NCBI GenBank assembly: GCA_951406725.2
Contig: OX597816.1
Span: forward strand, 98,394,001 to 98,458,000
Direction: 5' to 3'
Length of the DNA: 64,000 bases
From: Octopus vulgaris
Lineage: Eukaryota
Position 1 is the first letter of the stretch. Each line of letters begins with the position of its first letter. Under the pieces are notes generated by a model, which saw nothing but the letters and a program-made list of their open reading frames with translations, was not told where the DNA came from and did not search any database. A program made the translations under genes and the position numbers. Positions 42,371-56,075 of the stretch are shown in pieces.

Positions 42371-43231
42371 AACTGCTAGAGTGGTATGACAGTAGCAGGA
42401 TATTGATGGAATCCGCTTAAATGGTCAAGTAACATAAAATTGTCATGTTGTGGTTGTAATAGTAGTGATTGGAATAGTTCTGAATAAATTCATGGGTAGT
42501 GGCTGTTCTAATTATATTGTTTTTAATATTTGCGTGGGCGTTATTCTAAGGCCCTTGTAACTGTGTCATTTGTGGTGGACGCATTCAAAAGGAGTGTTAA
42601 AATATGACTCTTTTCTAATGCGCTGACTACAGGTTGCACCATCTCTAAATTTGTAGAGGGGGAAAATTCTGAAGCTGGGTTGTTAGTGCCGCAAATGTCG
42701 ATGTGTTCGCTGAATGCTATTTTTATGTATTCCTGAATTTTGATCTGGGATCTATGTAGAGCCATCCTTTGATGTAGACTGTTTTAATTTGGCCTATGTA
42801 TTGCTCTCGACAGCCAGAGCAGGTTAATACACATATTACGTTCTCTGAAGCACATGGTAAGTTTTTTTAACTGTAAAACGTTGACCCTGAATTAGGTTAA
42901 CGCATATACCACAGTTAGATCTACCGCATATTTTTTTACTAACGGATTTAGTGTGGTTGTCGAGCGTACTTGGGTTTGTATTAGGAGACTTTTCATAGAT
43001 TTGTGTTGTGTTTTACCCTTTATGATGGTATGCATTTCTAAGATTAAATTCATTCTGTGGTCCCATTTTAGTTGGGTAATATTCTGGAGGATGGTGTCGA
43101 AGGATGAGTACATATATGCACTCATGGCTTTTGCTTCAGCTTTTTTTCCATGGGCGCATGTAGGCATTTCATTTATTTCTATTCGTATTTGTTTCAATCA
43201 TTAGACTGCCTTTACTCGAAGAAATTGACCC

Positions 43232-43545
43232 AGGATTCATTCTTTGGAAGCCTAGTACATATTCTATCTATCCCTTTGGCCGAACCGGTAAGTTACAGAG
43301 ACGTAAACACACCAACAACGGTTGTGAATCGATGGTGGGGGACAAACCCAGACCCACAAACACACAAATATATACATATATATATACCACGGTCTTCTTT
43401 CAGTTTCTGCCTATCAAATCGACTCACAAGGATTTGTTCGGCTTGCGGCTATAGCAGAAAGCATTTGTCCAAGATGCCACGCAGTAGTACTGAACCCACA
43501 ACCATGTGATTGGAAAGTAAGCATTTTACCACACACTCACGCATG
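43232..43545 (-). mobile_element. SINE family B
   Basis: Reverse of GTGGTAAAATGCTTACTTTCCAATCAC...GGGTTCAGTACTACTGCGTGGCATCTTGGACAA...GAAACTGAAAGAAG. Confidence 0.8.
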
Positions 43546-43782
43546 AGTTTAAATAGCAGGACCCAGATTCGCACTCTTAAGGATCGATTGAACCACACAC
43601 ACACATACATAAACATATATGTGTGTGTTTGTATTGGCCAGTTGTCCATTAACGAGAAAAAGGAACACTATAAAAGAAATTTTGAGCTGTTATACGTATA
43701 TGTATTGGAGAGGCATATCCTTACTTGTGGTATTTAGTACCATTCAGAACATCATCATTAATTTCACGTTTACTATTCCTCT

Positions 43783-44093
43783 AGTGATGGCGCGTGGCTT
43801 AGTGGTTAGGGCATTCGACTGACGATTGTAAGGTCGTGAGTTCGATTCCCGGCGATGCGTTGTGTCCTTGAGCAAGACACTTTATTTCACGTTGCTCCAG
43901 TATGAGTTGTACCTGTATTTCAAAGGGCCGGCCTTGACACACTCTGTGTCACGCTGAATCTCCCTGAGAACTACGTTAAGGGTACTCGTGTCTGTGGATT
44001 GCTCAGTCACTTGCACGTTAATTCCACGAGCAACCTGTTCCGTTGATCGCATCAGCTGGGACCCTCGTCGTTGTAACCAACGGAGTGCTCCTA
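43783..44093 (+). mobile_element. Full-length tRNA-derived SINE (family A-like head) with 12-bp TSD
   Basis: A-box TGGCTTAGTGG, B-box GAGTTCGATTCCC, TTGAGCAAGACAC core; TSD TACTATTCCTCT at 43771-43782 and 44094-44105. Confidence 0.92.
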
Positions 44094-44159
44094 TACTATT
44101 CCTCTGGAAATATAGAAAGGACACATTCTCTTTACTGCTGAAGGTAATTGTACTATCAT

Positions 44160-45370
44160 GGTTAGTTCCGTAGTGAAACGAAAAACGTAAGAAATTGCTT
44201 TTTGAGAGACAAAGAAGAGTAACCTCTACTTACGTAATTCAAGCTAATGAACGATGACATAAGAAAGGTATTCCCTCTTTTATTATGGCGTAATAACTGT
44301 GAAATAATTTCATGTTTTAAGGCAAACCATAATAGAGGCAGAGCAAGTTTCATCCAATTCGATATAGTGGACTTTTACTCATCCACATTGAGAGGGCACA
44401 TATTTTCGAAAAACATTTGCAGGCGTTACACATAGGGCTAAACAAGCAATAATACGCGCCAGCAAAATACCCGCTATTCAACAAAAAAACTGACTCTGAA
44501 TGCTCGAACACACCCAGTACAGAGAAAGGAACAGATTCACTAAATTAACTCCCTTGTTCAAGGATTCGGTCGGCCTTTGCTTTTAAGGTTGCATATGTGA
44601 CCAACTTTAACATAGTTATAGTGTTACCACTGATCTGGGCATCGGTCCATACAAGCTCGATGGCTAAACTATATCAAAGGCTTTCCTATATCAACATAGT
44701 CTCTTGCCATTCGCTTATAGTCTTTAAAACCTTGTGAAGTGTGCCAAGAAAAAGATTTTGAATCTATCCACCAAAAAGTACATTATTTCCATGAATCTCT
44801 GTCAGCCAGCTGATTTAAGTACCGCATCACCTAAATGCCGGGATATAGCACCTCCAAAAGAAAACGACGCCCTTATGTCTTATCAGTTTCGCTACCTTTC
44901 TATCTCATCGTCAAAATCTGCGTGAGAAGGGCCTTCCTTAAATTAGTAGACAAGCAATCCACACATTTCTATCCACATGGTCCTGTTCGATTGTGCATCT
45001 AGTGTAAAAAACATATTAGTGAACGCTCCCCAAGGACGTGCAGTGGCAGGATGCCTATGTAGGTTTAGAAGTGGGGGATGTGCGAATAGCAAAAACAATA
45101 CTGAGACCCTGTTCTACGATGCAGAGATGGTGTCCAAAATTATCAGCAGTAATCGTGGCAAGAGCGACATATATCACACACGGAAATATGTTAGAGATAC
45201 GGATAGCCAATTTAAAACCAGGCCAAATAGCCACAGGTCTTCTTTTAGCATACCAAAGGGGAGCAACGTTTTAATATTAGTCAGTTATATATGGCGACAA
45301 GTAGAGGAGTGAGGGTCGTATAAATCGGACCAAATTCTGCTGGAACAACCCGCGTTATATGCGAGTGTTA
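44160..45370 (+). mobile_element. Penelope-like element (Naiad-like) relic: RT to GIY-YIG
   Basis: WRNNCEIISCFK..ASFIQFDIVDFYSS (RT motif A); YINIVSCHSLIVFKTL; CLCR..TETLFYDA..RKYVRDTDSQFKTRPNSHRSSF..LVSYIW. Confidence 0.8.
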
Positions 45371-45822
45371 GTGGTGGTGGTGGTAAAATGATTCTAAAAT
45401 TTCATAAAATCCGGGCGTTTTTTTAATACAATCATGACAGAATATATCCTCATGACAGAAATCCATTTGGGAAACGTGATCCCTCCCGTTTTGACATAGA
45501 GACCTGAGAAAATGTACGGAGGAAAAGCTGATCCACATCGGCCAAAGCTGAACTTGTACAACATATATTTAAATAGCTGGAAGTAGCTTTTACGTCTTGA
45601 CATTTTTCCGTACCAAACTCATAAAAACTACAAACTTACCTCCGTCAATAAATACATTATGCGCGTCCAGTCAACATGCCAGAGGCGTTGTCTATATTGC
45701 CCAATTGGAGACGCATAGCCAATGGTAAATTTCTGATTGTTTATATGACATAACCAAGGATATTATAGTTGAGTACACAGCGCATACAAACACACACATA
45801 TGCACACGTACACATCCATATA

Positions 45823-45866
<44 letters not shown>

Positions 45867-45920
45867 CGCATAAATACATAAATACACACACATACATATG
45901 TATACCTAAACATACATCTA

Positions 45921-45966
<46 letters not shown>

Positions 45967-46392
45967 TGCACACACGTTCACATACACACACGCACATACA
46001 CACACGCACAAACACACACACACATATACTTACATATGCATATCTACAATCACGCATGGGTTATTATCTGAATGTTTTCACCAATACCTAAATTGGGTGA
46101 ATTATTGATGCTGCAATCGACTCAAAATCATATATGTGTATCTCATATAAGTTGAGGCGTCAGAGAAGCTTGTATCAAAAGTAAGTCCTGTAAGATCCAA
46201 GTTAGGATTTACTGAAAATGGCCTGCTTTACATTAATCGATCTCATACAATTACTTAACTACTTGAGAAAAAATATCAACTGGTCATAGAATGCAATCAT
46301 GAGTGTCAGACCTGCAAGAATTAACAAAAACATGTACTACTGTTAAATTTATTTCATCTATTACTTTTTTACTTTAGACACACACACACACG

Positions 46393-46435
<43 letters not shown>

Positions 46436-46576
46436 ACACACACATATATATATATACATATGTTTTTTATGTAAATGGGTATTTGTATTTGTATTTGTTT
46501 GTTGATATGTGTATACACAATAAAATCTGTATGTATACGCAGACACATACACACACACATATATAAATATATATAA

Positions 46577-46627
<51 letters not shown>

Positions 46628-47675
46628 AACGGGTACTTGTGCGCTTCTGTATGACTGTTTGTATGTACGTATCTTTCTGTGTGTGTATATATGTGCTTGC
46701 ATGCTTGTTTACGTATTATGCTTTCTACCCTTTGCATACGGCTAGATAATTGTAGGAAGTGTTGTTATCGATCCATAGGAGCGTGAACCTGTGTCCGCTG
46801 TTTAAACACAAAATTCTTTGTTTATATATCTATGCATATAAGTATTTATCTGTGTGTATTGAGTAAATACTTCCACAAAAATACCACGATTTGTCATTCC
46901 ATCCGCTTATCGTTTTTGTTATACAACTTGTATAAAGTAGCAGCTTGAACTTATCCCATTATATAATCCCTTAACTATCAATAGATATGTATCACTACTT
47001 CTGTCCGACGCCGATACTTTCATATGAAATATATTGGAATTTTGTATTACTCTTTCACATGTAAACTTATACAATTTTAATTATTAAAAAAGATTACCCT
47101 TGATAAATTAGATTCTTACTTTTCATTTTTCTTTAGATATACTCTGAAATATAAATATTGGTGTTCATTTGATACTGAAATATATTAGATTGGTATTGGT
47201 TGATCTATTTCCTAAATCAGTTTCTGCGAATTTGCATGTGATCCTCACACAAATGAAGTATTACTGACGACATACTGACGCGTAAATAAGGAAAATATTT
47301 TCTTAGTTGTTGCCTTTTCTACAAAATATTATTAGATTTTTCTTTATATGTAAATATATTTTCAAGCAAAAAACATTTTAGTCTCTTAAAATTTTGTCAT
47401 CTTTACTTCAGGAATTATTAGGAATAGCCTGCTTTAATAATTTTTCTAACTATGAAACGAATTTCAATTTATTAAGAATTTCAATAATTTATCTAATATA
47501 TATGTTGGGTAACTTACTGATACTCTCATCTGTTCAAAATCAACCGTTCGTAACTCGCATGTTTTGAAGTACTATTCGAATTAGGTTAGCATTTACTGTG
47601 AATGGCATACATCAGATCGATTATCTGGCAGGATTGTTTAGATCTAACAACAAAAGTAGGCAATGTCGTAAAAGT

Positions 47676-47735
<60 letters not shown>

Positions 47736-47762
47736 ACGTATATATATATATATATATATATG

Positions 47763-48884
47763 TCAGGTTGAGTAAAAATTAAGCAACATTTTTGAAACAT
47801 GAAATTCATTACAGCATATTTCAACAATGCGTACCATTACAATAGTTACAAGATTGATTATTCATGTAACATGAAAATCTGGAGTTCTGAAGCTGATAAA
47901 CTCTTTGAACGCACTTTCAGCATCGGTTTGATTTTTTAACTCCTTCTCTCGCAGGAAACAATCGAGGTGATTGAAAATGTAATAGCTGGTAGAAGAAAGG
48001 TTTGAGGAATATGCTTTTCCATTAACCAGTCTGGGATGGAGGAGTTGGAAATTTTCGTTCATTTTGCCAATTTCATGGCAATATGATTTTCAGTGATGGC
48101 TTTTCCGTTTTTTTAAGAGGTTATAGTGAATGGGTCCAGCAGCACACCACCAAACAGTTATTATAAGCTTCTTCTTGAAGAGCTCGGGTTTAGGGAAGGT
48201 TTTCGGTGCTTCATTTTGGTCCAACCACTGCGGAGAAAGTTTTTTTTTATTATTGTACAGAATCTACTTTTCATCGCAAGTTACAATACGTGGAGAAATG
48301 GATCGGTCTGTTTACGGAGAAGAAGCGTCGAACAAATTCATATCTACGCATTTTCTGATTTTCAGTCGAATCTTGTGGTACCTATTTGTCGAGCTGTTTT
48401 GATTTTGCGATCGCATGCAAATGATTGCAGGCGGACTTCTGGCTCACTTGAACTTCTTTTGACAGTTCTCTGGTGGTTTTATGTGGATCTTTCTATACGA
48501 CTGTCTTTAATTGACCGTCATCGATGACAGATGGACGTCTACTAATTTACGATTTTCGAGGCTCAGGTTTACACAGCGAAATCGTTTAAACCATATCTGA
48601 GTTGACCACTCACTGGTCATATCTTCACCAAACGTTTCGTTGATATCGCAAGCGGTTTCAGCTGCTTTACGTCCTTTATTGAAGTGAATATCAAAATTGT
48701 TCGAATATTGCACTTTGACAGATCTATTTCAAATGACTGTAACGGCAGTGAAAATAAATTAATTTTAATTTACTGATGCATTTCGCCAAGTCTAAGTCTC
48801 TATTATCATACAATTTCAAAAAATTTTCAAAAATAATTCACAACTCTGCGAAAGTCCAGCGTTGATTACTTTTTACTCAACCTG

Positions 48885-48885
<1 letters not shown>
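47763..48885 (-). mobile_element. Mariner transposon relic with ~25-bp TIRs, inserted in (TA)n
   Basis: TIRs TCAGGTTGAGTAAAAA.TAA.CAAC at both ends; HTH-like AAETACDINETFGE..WFKRFR; YSSNLSSTSYYIFNHLDCFL resembles YSPDLSPTDYHFF. Confidence 0.92.
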
Positions 48886-48938
<53 letters not shown>

Positions 48939-49181
48939 AATATAAAATGAGGGTGAGAAGTTAGATATTAATTTATTTAACATCGATTTCACACCAGTGG
49001 TCTTGCATATAAAAAAACTGAAGGTTCAGTAAAATTGTATTATATATATATTAGTGGGAAACCACTATGTGGACACCCTTATGCTAGAGATAGGTCCACT
49101 AAGAAATGTTCTCAACAAAAATTTTGCAAAACAACCGAAACGTAACCGAGCAAGACAGAAGAAAAGACAAATATGGATTAT

Positions 49182-49253
49182 TCGCATACATGTTTCACTA
49201 TTACCATATTACGTAATTTTACTTACATAAATGTCCGTAGATCATCGGTGCGA
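49182..49253 (-). ncRNA. Type I hammerhead, variant core
   Basis: UCGCA-CCGAUGA-UCUA...UAGU-GAAA-C-AU-GUA/UGCGA. Confidence 0.65.
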
Positions 49254-49929
49254 CCGTCCAGATGAATATCATTTGCAGGACTGCATACTAGGACGTCCGC
49301 ACAAAGTCAGATTTGTAATCAGTTCTACCCATAACACTCGTGGTTATTATTTCAAATGTGCTCGTTTTGGCGCGCTAAATTACCGGAAAGACTGATGCTT
49401 CAGATAACACTTTACTGCAGTGGCTTTTGCCGGTTAGAGAACGTATTAATTTAAATTTAAAATGAGGGTGAGAAATTAGATATTAATTTAATTAACATTG
49501 ATTTCACGCCAGTGGTCTAGCATATAAAAAACTGAAGGTTCAGTAAAATTGTATTATATAAAATTGTATTATATTTCTTAGTGGTAAGACCATTGCGGAT
49601 CTATTTTTTGCGTAAGGGTGTCCACATAGTGATTTCCCTCTAATATGTATATAATAAATTTTTACTGAACAATTCATTTTTTTATATGCTAGACCACTGG
49701 TGTGAAATCAATGTTAATTAAATTAATATCTAATTTCTCACCCTCATTTTAAATTTAAATTTAAATTAATACGTTCTCTAACCGTCATCAGTCTTTCTGG
49801 TAATTTAGCGCGCCAAAACGAGGACATTTGAAATAATAACCACGAGTTTTATGGGTAGAACTGTTTACAGATCTGACTTTGTGCGGACGTCCTAGTATAC
49901 AGTCCTGCAAATTATATTCACCTGGATGG

Positions 49930-50001
49930 TCACACCTATGATCTACGGATATTTATGTAAGTAAAATTACGTAATATGGTAATAGTGAAACATGTATGTG
50001 A
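49930..50001 (+). ncRNA. Type I hammerhead, degenerate core
   Basis: UCACA-CCUAUGA-UCUA...UAGU-GAAA-C-AU-GUA/UGUGA. Confidence 0.55.
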
Positions 50002-50199
50002 ATAATCCATATTTTTATTGTCTTTTCATTTGTCTTGCTCGATTACGTTTTTGTTGTTTTGCTAAATTTTTCGTGAGAACATATCTTAGTGGTAAGACAA
50101 TAGTGGATCTATTTCTAGCATAAGGGTGTCCACATAGTGGTTTCCTTCTAATATATATATATATATATGCATATAAGGTGTTTCTTCAAGTTCTTTCTC

Positions 50200-50335
50200 T
50201 CAAATCAACTCAGAAGGCTTTGGTCGGTCCGAGGCTATAGCAGATGACACTTGTTCAAGGAGGCAAGCAGGGAAGTTAAATCCGGAACCATATAGTTGGG
50301 AAGCGAGCATATATACCACGCAGCACAGCACGCCG
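50200..50335 (-). mobile_element. SINE family B 5' part
   Basis: Reverse of GTGGTATATATGCTCGCTTCCCAAC...TATAGCCTCGGACCGACCAAAGCC. Confidence 0.75.
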
Positions 50336-50384
50336 TGTATGCATGTATATGTATATATAGATGTGTGTCTGTGAGAGTGAGTGT

Positions 50385-50460
<76 letters not shown>

Positions 50461-51714
50461 TGTTGTATTTCGGTATGGTAATTTAATTTTTTTCTTTGAC
50501 AAATAATCAGAGGCACTACATATTTTTTCTTCACTCATTTATTACTGTTCTTCTTTAATTATTGTTTTAATAAACGTTTGAAGAAAAAATATAGTGCGTG
50601 TGTTGATATTGAAAAAAATAGAAAGAAATGACCATCCCGAAATACAACGATATCTGTTTGAACAAACGATTTCATATCAGGAATCTTTCAAAACGAATCT
50701 TGATATAAAAATGTATCTTGATATTTTTGAGCCTTTATATACGTGTAGTTATATGAGGATCTATTTCATTGAATGATACATAATTATTTCATAAAAAATT
50801 CTCACCAAAATAACCTATATGAGTTGTATATAAAAGACAAAGAGTATTACTATATACAACTTGCTTTTATCGGCATCGATACTTGAAAACGCATATATGT
50901 AAGCATACGTTTGAAAATATATATAATTATGCTTTTGCCAATCAAATAAGGCAATTTGGTATCTGAACTGAAAAGTGTAAAACCCATGAACAAATAACAA
51001 ATGTTAGCTGCACCGATGTTCTTCCGTTCCGTCAATCCCCCGCCCTTGATTAGCTATTTTCTCTGGCCCCGACACAACGAAAGTCTAATTTGACTTCGGT
51101 TGGACGAGGAGCCAATGTCCGGAGAACGAAAACAATTATTGCATGGACCCAGAGCAAGGCTCTAACTAAGCTGAAAATTAGTCGCCTGTTACGAGCACTG
51201 ATTTGAAGTTTGCTAGAGGTATTTGGCAGTGATACCATATAAAACCTTTAGATATTCATTCAGTGAACGCCAATGGTTGTATGTTATACGCAACCATCCA
51301 TAGTGAAGCGAAGAGATTTCAAAGAAAAATCAATTCAAACCAAAATTTTCCTCGTTCAAAGAAGAATTCAGCGCATGTACATGTAAATACATTTTATATG
51401 GATATTAGCAATAACATGCATTATACACCGAGACAAATGCCATTATATAGGCGGAAGACATGAATAAACACAAAGCATATAACTATATATCGGCTATGAA
51501 ACCCAGTATCTAGTTCGGTATTATCTTTAAAAGTTCGCTCAAAGAAATAATTGGTGGAATTGTCATTCAACATCGCATGGTTTTGCATAGGGAGTATTGA
51601 TAACTGTGGCCTGAAAGTCTTGTCAACACCTGTAAATATTGCTTTAATTTTCTATTTCAGATTGCTGACATTCATGTCACCCCCTGTAATGATTGTTTTA
51701 ATTTTCTGTTTCAG

Positions 51715-52565
51715 ATGGCTAACACTAGCTCCTACAGTTTGGAAGAGAGGTTGATTGCAAGTGTATGGGCTGGGCACATGATCGTGTGCATTCTAGCCAT
51801 AACATGAGGATGTGCGTCAGGACTAAGCTATAATGACAGGGACAAAAGACGTGTGGCATATGGAAAGTTTCTTGATGTGTTTCCGACAATCCAGATGAAT
51901 CTGCAATTAACCATAGTGGCCAGGCTAGGAATATTTATTTCCGGAGGAAAGAAAATCCGCACGATTACGAAGAACCGGAGCACAACAACGTGCATGTGAT
52001 AATTTGGGACGCTATAGTGAGTAAGCACTTATAGTAGCAGGTTTCTTCGAGGGCTCTTGCCTTATTAAGGAAGTCGTTTGTTCACAGATCCAGAGGTTGA
52101 ATAAGGATTTGAATGATTGTTGGTTTCACCAAGATGTTGCCCTACCCCAGTATGCCATCAATGTCAGGGAATACGTGAATGAAGTTTTTCGGTAGAGATA
52201 GATGTTTCGAGGATCACAACATCTTCGAACACCTCTCGATTGGTCTCCCAGACAGAAGTCCAGACCTCAGGTCCTGCGACAACTCTCTGTAGGGTATAAT
52301 CAGGGAAAGAGTTTCACAAGTGCGATACCAGAATGCCCAACAGTAGAAGGACACTGTTTCAAGAGCCTTTACAACAATCACCAAAGCACAGCTTCGTAAA
52401 ACATCACACATTGTGCCACGAAAATGATGGTATTCAAACAGACCATTTCGATGTGTGGCAGTGTCATTGTCATTAAAAATGATTAGAGTAAAACACAGTA
52501 CATATGTTTGATACTATATTGTTATTCTATTGTTCTTATTACTTTTCGGCTTTAGGACCACCCTG
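51715..52565 (+). mobile_element. Tc1/mariner-superfamily (rosa/maT-like) transposase relic
   Basis: YSLEERLIASVW; WFHQDVALPQYAINVREYVNEVF..RGS..DWSP.SPDLRSCD resembles WFQQDGAP..WPPRSPDLxPCD; terminal GGACCACCCTG+TA; left TIR not found. Confidence 0.8.
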
Positions 52566-53047
52566 TATATAATTAGATCTGTTTCGGTGAGAATTGGTAT
52601 TAGCCGTGAGTAACTAAATAGCACCATCTGGAAAAGGTATTTAATGATATTTAATATTATAATTATTCTTTGGGCACTATTGTCCGGGGTGAGTGGTTTA
52701 TCTGGAATTTGTTGAAGAGAACCATTTAAGAACCGTTTGAATGTTATGTGAGTATTTTATTCTCATACGTTAAAAAGAACGTGACGGTTGAGGTGAAATA
52801 GTTTATGTTCGTGCTGTGATGTGACGTGAGAATGATTTTGGTATAGGGTGAATGGCACGGGGACCAGAATTTGGGTGAATTTTGAAGCTGAGACCAGCAC
52901 AGTTAGGCAATAGTTTTGGGATGTCTTCCACATCATACAAACGATGTAGCGTTCATTGAAGACAATACAGTTTGTGTTTCTGAAGCCGATCCCAACAATC
53001 AAGATGTTCTCCTTTTTCTTTCTTTCTTTCCCCCCCCTCTCTGCATT

Positions 53048-53123
<76 letters not shown>

Positions 53124-53500
53124 TATACATACATACATACATACATACATACATTCATATATAATATATATGTAAATGTGAGTTGCATAAATATATATAT
53201 GTGTGTGTTTGTGTGTGCGTGAGTATGTGTGTGTTCGTATACATATGTATATAAGTGTGTGTCAGTGTACACTTTCAAAGAAGTAAAGTGAGTGTACACC
53301 CGTTCCCTCTATGGTTTTACTTAACACAATTAACTCTTTATTTGGTTTGTGTAGAAAACTGTACGTCATTTATGTTGTTTTATTTTCAATAGCATCTCAC
53401 ACTATACATTCAAATATACACTCACATCTACGTAAACACTGCACACAGACACATATTCATTTATATACATACACACATATATAAATACATAAATACATAC

Positions 53501-53563
<63 letters not shown>

Positions 53564-53963
53564 CATATATGGGTATGGCAGTGTATGAACAGCATTAAAT
53601 ATATGCATAGCTATTGTATCATTTATAGTTAATATAGCATCAAAGACATTCTCTCTTGTTGAACAGCGGTTTCCCTTTCGACAAAAATAGCGTGTCTCTG
53701 AAAGTGAATGCCATATCTTTCCTTCCTTCACCAACAAACTCAACCGACGTATTGTTGTGCTGCTCTTGCTATTTTGTCCATTTGCATGCCACCCACTCTG
53801 CATCACTCATTGTGTTTGTGCGTAACAATTGATTCTTTACACTTTAGGTTCTCTACATCACCGTTAATCCGTTCTTCTGTCTCCTTAATTGCCTATTGTT
53901 TTTATTTATTGTTCACACAGACACATACACACATGCACACACATATTTGTATATATGTGTATA

Positions 53964-54006
<43 letters not shown>

Positions 54007-55279
54007 TAATGTACGTGAGTATATCTATATATGCATGTATATATGAATATACATACATGCATAGATACATACATATAAATTTGTGTATTACTGTATGTAC
54101 ATAAATGTAAGTACATTTGTTTGTTTATAACTTAATGTAATTTCTAGCGCTACACTGCGGATCTTCAATCGATTTGCATACAGAACACAATATGCATTAC
54201 CTCAATTTTCTCCTATTTTATGCATTGTTTTTTTTTATTATTGCTCTTTTTGCATTTGTAGCTCATTTCTTTAATCTTCTAAAGGAAAGGAAATATTCAT
54301 GTATAAGTAAATTGAAATAGACTCAACTCCTGAAAATTACACGTGTAGTTAACGAATAGAGATCCCTTGGAGGAATATTCCCTTTCTTTAATCCCCTGTG
54401 AAAATGTTAAAAATGTTTATGTATAAGTAAATGGGAAAAAAAATATCATTCGAACAATGAAGATTATTCCTGTTATATGAATATAAGAAAATACAAATAC
54501 CTTCTAGGAATATTTACATTAGCATTTTCGCTTTGAATTCTCTAATGTGAAGGAGACATCCAAGCAGGAGTTAACTGAAAATAACACCTGAGCACCTTAG
54601 AGTATCAATGCCATTAATAAATACAAGCTGCATCTAGGAGTATTTAAAAGCGTAAATCTTCACTCGGCCCTAATAATTTTATTTTAACGAAACTTACGGA
54701 CAATATTAACTAGATTGTTCTCTAACACGTATGTTCCGCATGATTAACACAGATTTTTGCAGTAAATTAAAAGAAATGTGATTATTCACGGCATCGATCT
54801 ATGTTTATTCTTTTCAGACAAATGTATTGCTTGCGCCCAACTCACGGAGCATTTAGCATCTTATTCAGTGTACCATTCAGCGAACATGGTCGAAAATCAA
54901 TGATATACATAAGTTGCAATGAATTTGGTGAACAGATCTAGATATTTCCAGGACTACAATAATGCACAATTATATTTAAAATTTAAAAGATGCTTTATAT
55001 TTAAAATTTAAAAGATGCTTTTTCAGTCACATTTAGTAAATGTAGTTCTTACCAAGAGGAAGTGACGTCATTTGACTATCATTTGGTGCTTCGATCTTGA
55101 ATCCCAATACACTCTTTTTGGTGGATCAGCAGTAGCGTTCAAATCATTATTCATCATATCCTCTTCGTTTCCAGCTTAACCCACCTCCCCTGCTCCATAA
55201 CCATTAACGGTTTCTGTCTGCTACCTCTTCCATCCTTCACCCTCTTACCTTTCACATTTTCCTCTTATTCCGCTAGTTC

Positions 55280-56075
55280 TAAGCATTCTCCTTACAAACT
55301 GGACAGGAGATCATCTATAGTCAACCTCGATGCGGAAAATCCATGATTGCCATCCCTTCTCCTAGCAATCCTGAAAAAGTTACTGATAGTCGGCAGGCTT
55401 CCATTCAAAAGCTTCAAGTCACTCGTTTTCCCTTTGTATTGCAAGCTGGATCAAATTTATACGCCCCTGATCCCATTGTTGCTTTTTAGAATTTTTATCG
55501 GCAGCTATTGTATGGAGGTTCATTCCTACGATGAAGAGAATGATGGAAAACTGTGCTTTCAGTTACGAGTCCCATTCCCAGTTTTAGCCAATGGTTATAA
55601 ATTGGGATCTTTTGAAGCACAACTGGTTGTCTCTGCTTTTGATGTGCAGAGGAACATGTTAGTAATCACAGGCTGTATATGAGGAATTGGTCCGTACGCA
55701 CATGCCTAAAGTAGCCAGACTATTAACAGCTTCTCTTTGATTGCTTTCTTTTTTTTGTGGTAATGGTGACCTCTCGGATTATTTGATTGACAACTCCGAT
55801 ATCTGTGTTCCAATGTCCGGAGAAAACTCACTCTCACGTTTCTAGATATAGGTCTCTATGTCTCTATTTTCGGTTCATGTAGGAGGTCATATTTTTGGCC
55901 AACACTGAAAAGAATATTTCACCTTCAACTCCTAGGATTGAAGTTGTTCTTAATATCTTCATGGCTTATTTTTCTTTCGTTGTTACAAAACACATTTCCG
56001 TCTTCTTCCAGCTCAATGAAATGATTTCCTTTTTATAAATCTTCCGGAACAGAGTCTACAATCTCCGGAGGAGAT
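55280..56075 (-). mobile_element. HERO/NeSL-like (R2 group) LINE RT relic
   Basis: LRTTSILGVEGEIFFSVLAKNMTSYM; NQIIREV; IVWL..ACAYGPIPH (WLDLxNAYGSIPH-like); HWLKLGMGLVT..SIILFIVGMN. Confidence 0.78.

Larger units (their letters stand above)
41951..43230 (-). mobile_element. Penelope-like element (Neptune-like) 3' part: Cys-rich linker, GIY-YIG endonuclease, 3' UTR ending at (TA)n
   Basis: Minus strand CGRSNCGICVN..GQRFTVKK..CASENVICVLTCSGCREQYIGQ..LHQRMALHRSQI..FSEHIDIC; frameshifted. Confidence 0.85.
48933..50152. mobile_element. (TA)n-flanked inverted multimer of a ~510-bp unit with degenerate hammerheads
   Basis: Left arm ~1.2 units (GAGGGTGAGA at 48949 and 49464); right arm ~1.15 reversed units (CTTAGTGGTAAGAC at 49577 and 50085). 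Confidence 0.9.

Noticed and set aside
43788-43862. tRNA gene
   Set aside because: A and B boxes present, but it continues into a SINE body with a TSD; no proper acceptor stem or terminator
51620-51725. Duplicated splice-acceptor-like TTTTCT.TTTCAG
   Set aside because: A ~55-bp tandem duplication just upstream of the Tc1-like transposase relic; no host exon support
55400-55480. GIY-YIG-like peptide on the minus strand
   Set aside because: Surrounding motifs fit a HERO/NeSL-type RT better; likely chance
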